A stretch of 64,000 nt of DNA from Oligoflexales bacterium. GTDB taxonomy: Bacteria; Bdellovibrionota_B; Oligoflexia; Oligoflexales; JAPPIL01. Position 1 is the stretch's first letter, and every line of letters starts with the position of its first letter. The notes beneath the pieces were generated by a model. The model made no database searches, was not told the origin of the DNA, and was given only the letters and a program-made list of their open reading frames with translations. The translations under genes were made by a program, and so were the position numbers. The DNA lies in assembly GCA_965215515.1 (NCBI GenBank), contig OZ244057.1:512001-576000 (forward strand). The letters run 5' to 3'. Below are positions 29,819 to 37,242 of the stretch, one piece after another.

Positions 29819-29880
29819 GCGGACAGCACCATTCCAAAACCAAAACCCCTAACCGACGACGATGGGTACGTGGCTTTTTG

Positions 29881-30000
29881 TTAGGTGCGTTTGCCGTGGG
29901 GGCTGAGTGCTCGCTTGCGCATGACGCGGGATTTTTTCTTCGCCTTCAGGCGGTTGGTTTTGCCACGGCGTTTACCCTGGTAGTTGCGTTTTGTGTTCAT
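29881..30000 (-). CDS. 39-aa highly basic small protein (below the ORF-track cutoff)
   Basis: Hand translation MNTKRNYQGKRRGKTNRLKAKKKSRVMRKRALSPHGKRT*; AAGGAGG 7 nt upstream of the ATG. Confidence 0.7.
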   Translation of the reverse strand: MNTKRNYQGKRRGKTNRLKAKKKSRVMRKRALSPHGKRT

Positions 30001-30038
30001 CGTCCGTCCTCCTTCGGGCGGGCATGCTGACATAGTTT

Positions 30039-30067
30039 TTGACATTTGGGAAGGATAATTTTAGAAT
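30039..30067 (+). promoter_or_regulatory. Sigma70-type promoter
   Basis: TTGACA-N17-TAGAAT upstream of the GNAT gene. Confidence 0.7.
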
Positions 30068-30113
30068 GATCGGGATGCTATTTGGGGTTGGTGTTCACGG
30101 AAGCAGGTGCTTT

Positions 30114-30692
30114 ATGCCTGAGCCCAGTGTTTGGAGGGAAGCTATCGACGAGCCGCGTGTTGGTGACGAGCATGTTGTTATCGAGAGGTTATCGGCCGTC
30201 AGTGAGCCGTTCATCGTTGAATTGATCAAGCGCAACCTCGAGCCGTTTGAGGAGTCGGGCAATGTCTTGGCGGCGACTTTCCGCCGTTTAGAGAGTCTCA
30301 GGGAGGTTTATGGCGAGGAGGGGGCGTGCTTTTTTGTGGCACGGGATCGCGGGCTGGACAAGTTTATCGGCGGGGTCGGTTTAGGCTCGCTGCATGGCTT
30401 GCCTGCTTCGGAGGGTTTTGGTGAGATCAGGGATTTGGTGTTGGAAAAGTCCTACCGCGGGCGAGGTATCGGGGCGAAACTGCTGGGGATGAGCATCGAC
30501 AGGGCGATAAGTCTTGGCTACGAGAAACTCTACTTGGAGACAGTCCCGAATATGGTCACGGCGCGTCGTCTCTTCCAGCGTTTTGGGTTTCGGCCTGTGA
30601 CCTCCAAGCTGAAGGGTAAGCTGGTGACTCCTCCGCCTGCAGGCGATATAGATTGTTACTATTTGCTAGACATTCAAAACTTGAACCGTTGA
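30114..30692 (+). CDS. GNAT-family N-acetyltransferase
   Basis: GEIRDLVLEKSYRGRGIGAKLL motif A, LYLET, ARRLFQRFGF; ATG 30114 fits the upstream promoter. Confidence 0.88.
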   Translation: MPEPSVWREAIDEPRVGDEHVVIERLSAVSEPFIVELIKRNLEPFEESGNVLAATFRRLESLREVYGEEGACFFVARDRGLDKFIGGVGLGSLHGLPASEGFGEIRDLVLEKSYRGRGIGAKLLGMSIDRAISLGYEKLYLETVPNMVTARRLFQRFGFRPVTSKLKGKLVTPPPAGDIDCYYLLDIQNLNR

Positions 30693-30699
30693 GGGACAG

Positions 30700-30864
30700 A
30701 TGGCTTCACCGATGCGACAGACAAGAGTCCGCCGTGCCATGAAGAAAGCAGCACGTGGCAAGAGGCGCAAGAATCACCTCAGACAACACGGCAGCACGCC
30801 ACCGCGTCTACCGATGAGAGGCAAAGAAGCCGTCTGTAGTGCGCAAACCCCAGGAACTGCGTAG
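30700..30864 (+). CDS. 54-aa highly basic small protein (below the ORF-track cutoff)
   Basis: Hand translation MASPMRQTRVRRAMKKAARGKRRKNHLRQHGSTPPRLPMRGKEAVCSAQTPGTA*; GAGGG RBS; 7 nt after the GNAT stop. Confidence 0.65.
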   Translation: MASPMRQTRVRRAMKKAARGKRRKNHLRQHGSTPPRLPMRGKEAVCSAQTPGTA

Positions 30865-30893
30865 ACGCGGCACTGGATTTTAGCGTCCTCGCG

Positions 30894-31859
30894 CTACTCG
30901 TGTATGAGTGTTGCTAGTTGGGTGGTGATCATTTTGTCAGGCAAGGCTCCGTAGCCATCTTTGACGACGATCCGTTGTCCTTCCGCAGAGAGAACGTAGC
31001 GCAGAAATTCCTGCACCAGGCGTGGTAGTGGTTTATGAGGGTGGCGGATGACGTAGATATAGAGTGAGCGGCCGAGTGGGTAAGCCTTCTTCACCGTGTT
31101 GGCAAAGGTGGGGTTGACTGCGGGTGACTCGTCGCTCTTGCGCAGCGGCAGGGCGCGCACGTCGCTGGTTTTGTAGCCGATACCTGAATAACCGATACCG
31201 TAGAGATCGCCCCCCACGCCGTTTACTACCGAAGCCGAGCCAGGTTGTTCTTTCACTTTGTCTTTGAAATCACCCTTGAACAGCGCAGCTTTTTTGAAAA
31301 AACCGTATGTGCCCGATGCCGAGTTACGCCCATAGAGACTGAGCGGGGCACGTGCCCACTTACCCGTCAGACCGAGCTGTCCCCATGTTCTGATGTCGTG
31401 TTTAGCACCGCCGCGTCGACTGCGGGAAAAGATAGCATCGACTTGTGGCAGAGAGAGGCTGGTGATGGGGTTGTCCTTGTGCACATAGATTGCGAGACTG
31501 TCGATGGCCACTGCGTAGCGGGTTGGTTTGAATCCGTACTTGCTGGTGAAGGCATCCACCTCGCTGTGTTTCATGGCGCGTGACATCGGTGCAAGTTGTG
31601 CCACCCCTTCGATCAGGGCGGGCGGAGCGGTGCTCGATCCTTTACCTTCCACTTGTATATGCACGTTGCGGTAATGCTTGCGGAAACCCTCACCCCACAG
31701 CGTCATCAAGTTGTTGAGGGTGTCAGAGCCGACACTGCTGAGCCTGCCGCTAACCCCCGCTTGCTTGCGATAGGAAACAGCACCACCCACCTTTCGCAGT
31801 CCGTCAGAGCCCAGCACGAGCGGGACGAGCACTACCACAAACGCAGCCATACGGTACAC
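30894..31859 (-). CDS. pstS: Phosphate ABC transporter substrate-binding protein
   Basis: SVGSDTL, EGKGSSTAPPALIEG, MSR, GRNSASGTYGFFK, GIGYSGIGY, YPLGRSLYIYV; start near 31859/31850 rather than 32030. Confidence 0.92.
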   Translation of the reverse strand: MYRMAAFVVVLVPLVLGSDGLRKVGGAVSYRKQAGVSGRLSSVGSDTLNNLMTLWGEGFRKHYRNVHIQVEGKGSSTAPPALIEGVAQLAPMSRAMKHSEVDAFTSKYGFKPTRYAVAIDSLAIYVHKDNPITSLSLPQVDAIFSRSRRGGAKHDIRTWGQLGLTGKWARAPLSLYGRNSASGTYGFFKKAALFKGDFKDKVKEQPGSASVVNGVGGDLYGIGYSGIGYKTSDVRALPLRKSDESPAVNPTFANTVKKAYPLGRSLYIYVIRHPHKPLPRLVQEFLRYVLSAEGQRIVVKDGYGALPDKMITTQLATLIHE

Positions 31860-32010
31860 GATAACAACCCCACCTCGAGCTAAGCCGCGCTTGCACCGTA
31901 GCGAAAATTTTGTCCAAGAGCAACTTCTCTTCTGTAGATGCCCCTCTCTCTTAGGTTCTGTCCTGTAGACAGTCCCTCTCCCCTCATCTGCACTATTCTC
32001 CACCTGACGA

Positions 32011-33177
32011 TCAGCTTTTTTGCAGCTCATGCTTAATGTCAGCTAGCTCTTTTGTGCTAACCTGTGTAACGTCACAGATCTGCTTGTCAGGCATACCTCT
32101 CGCCAACATCCGCGCGACAACATCCCGCTGCTTCTGCTCTACGCCCTTGCGCATACCTTGCTCGATCCCTTGCTCGATACCCTGCTCGATACCCTGCTCG
32201 ATACCTTGCTCGATACCTTGCTCGATACCTTGCTCGATACCCTGCTCGATACCTTGCTCGATACCTTGCTCGATACCCTGCTCGATACCCTGCTCGATAC
32301 CTTGCCGCTTGCCCTTGCGCATACCCTGCCGTATGCCCTCTTGTCTCGCTCTATCAAGGCCAAATTCCATCTCTGGCATCAGTCTCTCTTCCTCCTTCAG
32401 GTGTGGAAAACGCTTACGTTCAATCTCCGCAAACCCCCTCACGTCGTACCCCTTATCGGCACATTCGTAGTAGTCCATTAACACATTGAGCATAAACTCT
32501 CGCTCCTGTTGTGGCAACAGGCGTGCCTTCTTGAGAATCTTGACCACTACCTCTTCGTCCATATCCCAGTAGTTACGTATGCCGAACAACGCCAAGCTCA
32601 CCACCTCGCCTCCGCGGCGCATGCGACGGTAGGATAAATCGTGTAAGTTCACTAAAGGACAAGCAAAATTGGCAATTTTCTTCAGTTGCCGCCTCAACTC
32701 TTCGGGTGCACCCTGCTTTTGCAGTGCCCAACTAAGGTAATCGGAGGGGATAACTGCTCTCTTGTCCTTGCCACAGGTGACGATGATGGGGAGGATGATG
32801 CCGCCTGTCTGTTGGGCGATCTCGTTGTAATAGCCCAGCATCTGCAGGATGGTGTCGTTGTCACGGTAACTCTTGTGCTCCAAGATGATAGTGATGATGA
32901 CACGGGCTTTGGAAGGCCACAACGGCACTTCCAGTACGATGTCAGCTCTGCGTTCCTGTCCCTTCCTTCCCGCTGCGGTGCTTTCGGTGATCTGCAGCGC
33001 GGGCCAATTGAAGATGGTGTAGAAGCTAGGGGAAAGCAAGACCTGTAGCAAGGCACGGCAGTGTTCGGGACGCTTGAAGATTGTCTTGAAGACGCTGTCA
33101 TGAGGGTGGGAGTGACGGGCTTTGGCAGCCTTGTGGCGCTGTCTTTTCTGCCCTATGCGTCTTCGTCGCCCAATCAT
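32011..33177 (-). CDS. Rpn-family recombination-promoting nuclease / YhgA-like putative transposase
   Basis: HPHDSVFK, RRADIVL, ILEHKSY, QMLGYY, ILPIIV; C-terminal (GIEQ)n repeats and VARMLARGM...ICDVTQVS tail. Confidence 0.9.
   Translation of the reverse strand: MIGRRRRIGQKRQRHKAAKARHSHPHDSVFKTIFKRPEHCRALLQVLLSPSFYTIFNWPALQITESTAAGRKGQERRADIVLEVPLWPSKARVIITIILEHKSYRDNDTILQMLGYYNEIAQQTGGIILPIIVTCGKDKRAVIPSDYLSWALQKQGAPEELRRQLKKIANFACPLVNLHDLSYRRMRRGGEVVSLALFGIRNYWDMDEEVVVKILKKARLLPQQEREFMLNVLMDYYECADKGYDVRGFAEIERKRFPHLKEEERLMPEMEFGLDRARQEGIRQGMRKGKRQGIEQGIEQGIEQGIEQGIEQGIEQGIEQGIEQGIEQGIEQGIEQGIEQGMRKGVEQKQRDVVARMLARGMPDKQICDVTQVSTKELADIKHELQKS
32159..32302. repeat. 12 x 12-bp tandem repeat (TGCTCGATACC[C/T]) encoding (GIEQ)12 in Rpn
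   Basis: Twelve CTCGAT cores at 12-nt spacing from 32161 to 32293. Confidence 0.95.
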
Positions 33178-33268
33178 GTTCACCCTGTCATGCTGTGCTC
33201 GATATTTTAACACGAGACTGAGCCTGAGTTTCGCCTCCAAAATTGTAAAGCATTGATATTATTAAAGT

Positions 33269-34078
33269 TTATGAGACACGGGGCACGGGCAGTTTTACGA
33301 GGTTGCAGAAATTATGCAACACTTGTCGGCGTGCTTCCGTCTCACTGAGGCTACGGACGGTGGCCAGGTGTGCGATAGTGAGCGCGACATTCTGCGGCTC
33401 ATTGCGTGTGCCGCGCACGGGGGCAAGCCACGGGGCATCGGTCTCGGTTAAAATATACTCGATAGGCAAAGTGGCAAGCATGCGTTGAAACCCTTGATGG
33501 ACATGTGAGTTGGTAGGGATAGAAAAATAATAACCCTGTTCTTCCGCCAAGCGTTGCGCGAGTTTTGTTTTGCCGCAAAAACAGTGCAAATTGACACGGC
33601 GCACCCCGTGATGCACAAGTATTTCCGCGATACGGCGTTCACGTTTACGGCTGTGCACAATGACGGGCAAATCATGCTGCATGGCAATTGCACACAACTC
33701 CAGAAAGACCCGCTCCTGTGCGGCGAAAGTCTCCTCCCCGACCAAATGCCCGTCAAGACCACACTCGCCAATGGCAAGCAGCTTGCCCTGAGCAGCCTGT
33801 GTCGCGATGAAAGCAACCTCATCAGCGACGGAAAAATGTTCTACAGCATACGTGTGGGGCAACATGTCCACCACAGCCTCGACAGGGTAGATGCCGAGGG
33901 CAGGCTGCACCACCTCGTACTGTTCCGCCATCGCCAAAATAGCACGGTTAGACCGCGGCTCAAGACCGTTGACGACGATATGACTCAAACCACGGGTAAC
34001 CGCCTTAGCGATTACCATGTCAAGATCAGCAGCGAAACGCGCATGCGTCAGATGAGTGTGGATATCGATGTAAGACAT
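33269..34078 (-). CDS. tatD: TatD-family hydrolase
   Basis: YIDIHTHL, AIGECGLD, PVIVHSRK, LHCF, LTETDAPW, RNEP. Confidence 0.93.
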   Translation of the reverse strand: MSYIDIHTHLTHARFAADLDMVIAKAVTRGLSHIVVNGLEPRSNRAILAMAEQYEVVQPALGIYPVEAVVDMLPHTYAVEHFSVADEVAFIATQAAQGKLLAIGECGLDGHLVGEETFAAQERVFLELCAIAMQHDLPVIVHSRKRERRIAEILVHHGVRRVNLHCFCGKTKLAQRLAEEQGYYFSIPTNSHVHQGFQRMLATLPIEYILTETDAPWLAPVRGTRNEPQNVALTIAHLATVRSLSETEARRQVLHNFCNLVKLPVPRVS

Positions 34079-35099
34079 ACACGCGCCTCAGCAAAGCAAA
34101 CAACAGCGGCAACGACAATACCATTAAACCATAACGAGAAGCCGCTGGCGAGGACGAGATTGTGCCACACCCACCGCCAAAATCAGCATCGTCGCGGGCA
34201 GAAGCCACCTCCGCAACTTGCGTCGTGATACCGAGATAACCATGCGCAGATCTGCGCGTGTCAATTATCTGCGCGACAGCCTGACGGACGATGTTCGCAG
34301 GCACCGCGAAACCCACATTATCGCCACCGTCGATGCTTGCCGTATTGACCCCCACCACCCGTCCTTGCATATTGAGCAGGGGGCCACCGCTATTGCCTGG
34401 GTTAAGCGCGGCATCGGTTTGAATGAAATTGCCCACAGCCGTATGGCCATCCAAGTTGCCACGGTTTAAAGCCGACACAATGCCTTTAGAAACACTGCCC
34501 CTGAGAGCATACGGGGCTCCTAAAGCTATCACGCTCTCCCCCACCTCTAGACTACCGCTGTCGTCGATCAATGCCAACTGAGCAAACCCCTCAGGGTTGA
34601 AACCACTGACCTGCACAACCGCAATGTCCGTGTCCTCGTCCACACCCACCACCGCCACCGCGCCAACACCTTCGCCGTTCGCTAACTTCAGAGTGGTATA
34701 TATATTGCCCGCGACAACATGCGCATTGGTAACGACATAGCCATTCTCGAGATCGACAAAAAAACCCGAACCCCTCACAGGATAGATCGCGAGCGAGTCG
34801 GGCCGCTCAGGAAGACGACGCGGCCAAGGAAAAATGTGCCGAGCCAACTCAAGCAAACTCGGCCCAACTTCCTCCGCGAGGTCATTCTCACGCATGCCAG
34901 CGATGAACACCAATGCCTTGCTCGCCTCTCGCACGATCTCAGGTACAGTAAGGTTCAGCTCCTTCCCCCTCTCTAGAGGAAAATCATAAGCCTGCAGCCC
35001 CGTTGCCAGTAGCATCATTATCAGACAACGGGTAATGTTTTGAATAAGCAACTGTTTTTCTCCATTAAAAAATATAAAATAACCATGTAGTTGTATCAT
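34026..35099 (-). CDS. HtrA/DegP-like trypsin serine protease without PDZ, with GGGC-TM-RR C-terminal sorting signal
   Basis: GSGFFVD, VTNAHVV, DIAVV, IQTDAALNPGNSGGPL; ends GGGCGTI...GLMVLSLPLLFALLRR; start uncertain (probably about 35018-35050). Confidence 0.88.
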   Translation of the reverse strand: MIQLHGYFIFFNGEKQLLIQNITRCLIMMLLATGLQAYDFPLERGKELNLTVPEIVREASKALVFIAGMRENDLAEEVGPSLLELARHIFPWPRRLPERPDSLAIYPVRGSGFFVDLENGYVVTNAHVVAGNIYTTLKLANGEGVGAVAVVGVDEDTDIAVVQVSGFNPEGFAQLALIDDSGSLEVGESVIALGAPYALRGSVSKGIVSALNRGNLDGHTAVGNFIQTDAALNPGNSGGPLLNMQGRVVGVNTASIDGGDNVGFAVPANIVRQAVAQIIDTRRSAHGYLGITTQVAEVASARDDADFGGGCGTISSSPAASRYGLMVLSLPLLFALLRRVYVLHRYPHSSDACAFRC

Positions 35100-35179
35100 A
35101 TATTTTTTTTAAGCAAAGATTATAAAGGTAAAGTCTTATAATTACAGGGAGGTGACCTCAGCCTTGCTGCGCTGCTGCA

Positions 35180-35890
35180 TCACAATTCCGCCGCGGCACA
35201 GCCTGTGGCGGGGGAGGCGTGGTCGTTAAGGTAGGCACTGATGTCATTCATGTGCCCGCGCACAGCGTTTGCCCAGCCGTTGTCGGAGGCGTACATGCAG
35301 CTCATCCCCGCCAACGATGCGCCACAATCTTGTCTGCTACAGCCTCCCTGGCGGGAATAGCGTGGGAAGTGTGCGGGTGGGTCGCAGGATTTGTAGAAGC
35401 GCCCGTCAGGACTCAGGTAGGAGTGCTTGATGCGATTGAAGACAGTATTGAAGCCTTGCGTGTAGGAAACGAAGGTCGCAGCACGATATTCTTGACCATC
35501 GACGGCATTCCAGCCCCAGAGGTTGTGTCTCCCACGTGCGATAGAGCTAGTACCCCAGCCTGACTCGTGAATAGACAGCGCCAGGGCGAAGATAGGGTTG
35601 ATGCCATACAGTTCCTTAACCAGCATCAAGCCACGCAGTAGATCATCGATATCACCCTGCCCCTTGCCCTCCTGCTTGAACGGTGTGGTCGCATAACGGC
35701 GGGCAAGGTTTTTGTTCAGCACGTAGGTACGCAAGGCATCGATGGTGGTCGTATCGGCTTGCAACAAGTCCCTGCTGTAAACATCACCACAAGGCAGACC
35801 ATCGCCACACGCAAATTTAGTCAAGGCATGCGTCTCACCCCTACCACATCCGTGCAATACCAGAAAGGAGAAAGCTAACAACACCTGCAT
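35180..35890 (-). CDS. Glucosaminidase (GH73-type peptidoglycan hydrolase) lipoprotein
   Basis: YGINPIFALALSIHESGWGTS, HNLWGWNAVD, YASDNGWA; lipobox LVLHGC after ATG 35890. Confidence 0.85.
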   Translation of the reverse strand: MQVLLAFSFLVLHGCGRGETHALTKFACGDGLPCGDVYSRDLLQADTTTIDALRTYVLNKNLARRYATTPFKQEGKGQGDIDDLLRGLMLVKELYGINPIFALALSIHESGWGTSSIARGRHNLWGWNAVDGQEYRAATFVSYTQGFNTVFNRIKHSYLSPDGRFYKSCDPPAHFPRYSRQGGCSRQDCGASLAGMSCMYASDNGWANAVRGHMNDISAYLNDHASPATGCAAAEL

Positions 35891-36024
35891 CAACACACCC
35901 GACCATCCGCGCGTTATATCTACAATTCTAACATGTTCCGCCCCTCCACACGTATTTGTCTCCCTCAGCAGAGGCAACTTCTGCAGCTGCAACTATCTAA
36001 AATAAAACAAACAATTAGCTGAGC

Positions 36025-36051
36025 TAAAGCTCTCTCCAGAAATTCCGAAGT
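36025..36051 (+). promoter_or_regulatory. Putative sigma28-type promoter
   Basis: TAAA-N15-TCCGAAGT upstream of the 36092 gene. Confidence 0.4.
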
Positions 36052-36091
36052 GTCGGCACGGAGTAGGCCCTGAGGAAAGGAGGAAAGCAGC

Positions 36092-36622
36092 GTGAAAATT
36101 TTGTCGCTGTCCATCGCCGTGTTGCTGTGTACTAGTGCCAGCATCGCCCTAGCTGAAGAGCACGTCGCTCACGAGCATACTGACCAGCACAGTGTGCCAA
36201 CAGATGGCGATGAGTTGGTGGAGATGCCCCTGCGCCGCTACATCATAGGCGGAGCAGTAGGTACACTCTTCGGTTTTGGTATCGGGCACGCAGTGCAGAA
36301 ACGCTATCTTGCCGACGGCTGGCTGTATACCCTAGGTGAGCTCAGCGGTGCAGTACTGATGGGAACAGGCTTTTTTCACACACACGTCTGCAAAAAGGAA
36401 GAAGGTCTCGACCGTGCTAGCTGTACCGATCGCGGTGAAATGATGGCCTTCGCTGGCTATCTCATGGTTGCAGGCTGGAGAGTTGCGGAGATCGTCAACG
36501 TGTGGCTGCCGCCCGAAGACCGCTATCTCATCGTCGACGGACAAGCACGGCGCAATAAACCGCGTGTGCTGCCCGTCTTCAATACCTGGTCATACGGCCT
36601 GGCACTCATCACGCCGCTGTAG
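36092..36622 (+). CDS. Exported membrane protein with Borrelia P13-like motif
   Basis: AAGGAGG RBS; signal peptide; GTLFGFGIGHAVQ motif followed by hydrophobic helices. Confidence 0.6.
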   Translation: MKILSLSIAVLLCTSASIALAEEHVAHEHTDQHSVPTDGDELVEMPLRRYIIGGAVGTLFGFGIGHAVQKRYLADGWLYTLGELSGAVLMGTGFFHTHVCKKEEGLDRASCTDRGEMMAFAGYLMVAGWRVAEIVNVWLPPEDRYLIVDGQARRNKPRVLPVFNTWSYGLALITPL

Positions 36623-36685
36623 ACTGCGTGTTTGCCACGATGCCCGTGTCGCTCAGGCATTCAGCGAGTGCAGCGAGTGCAGCGA

Positions 36686-37102
36686 TCACTGAACACTGAA
36701 CGCACTAAACGGCGGTTTATACGGCGGCGGGACATCCTGTGCAGGTTTTGTCAGCTCAGGGGAAGAATACCCAGCGGGCCTACCGTGAATCATACGATCT
36801 GACAGCAGCTCTTGATATTTTACCGCAAGGGGCATATCTGCACGCAGGAAGACCTCCATCTCCTCTGGAGAACGAGGGTTAACCCTCAACAAGGCCCTAT
36901 ACGCCGCAGACATTTCCCCGATGACAAGCCTAGCCTGTGGCAGCGAACTGACCTGCCCTACCGCATTGCGCAACAGACCGACACCACCCTGAACCGTACC
37001 GCCCGCACACAACGCACCCCCACACGCCAGCAGGCACGCCAGCCTCTTCGCCAAAACTCCCCCCACCATGCCGATTCCTCCATAAAATATTAAAAACAAC
37101 AA
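36686..37102 (-). CDS. Hypothetical protein, possibly secreted
   Basis: Fills the intergenic space; GGAGG before internal ATG (MVGGVLAKRLACLLAC) with a signal-like leader. Confidence 0.5.
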   Translation of the reverse strand: MLFLIFYGGIGMVGGVLAKRLACLLACGGALCAGGTVQGGVGLLRNAVGQVSSLPQARLVIGEMSAAYRALLRVNPRSPEEMEVFLRADMPLAVKYQELLSDRMIHGRPAGYSSPELTKPAQDVPPPYKPPFSAFSVQ

Positions 37103-37242
37103 ACATTGCTCTTCTATCTGTGATATAACTATGCTGTCAAGCCTTTTTTTTTAAAAAATATATTACCGACAGAGCTTGAGGGTCGAGCTTACCTTGCCGA
37201 CAAGGGGGGCGGGGTAGGTTAAGCACTGCGGTAGGGCCGGTC

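Noticed and set aside
30894..31859. Orphan pstS without pstCAB
   Set aside because: Detached pstS copies are common; the permease genes may lie elsewhere
32159..32302. 12-bp repeats as CRISPR or as separate ORFs (IPCS)n / (LLDT)n
   Set aside because: Coding repeat typical of Rpn C-termini; the other-frame ORFs are shadows of the repeat
36661..36686. Short CAGCGAGTG x2.5 repeat
   Set aside because: Too short to support any function
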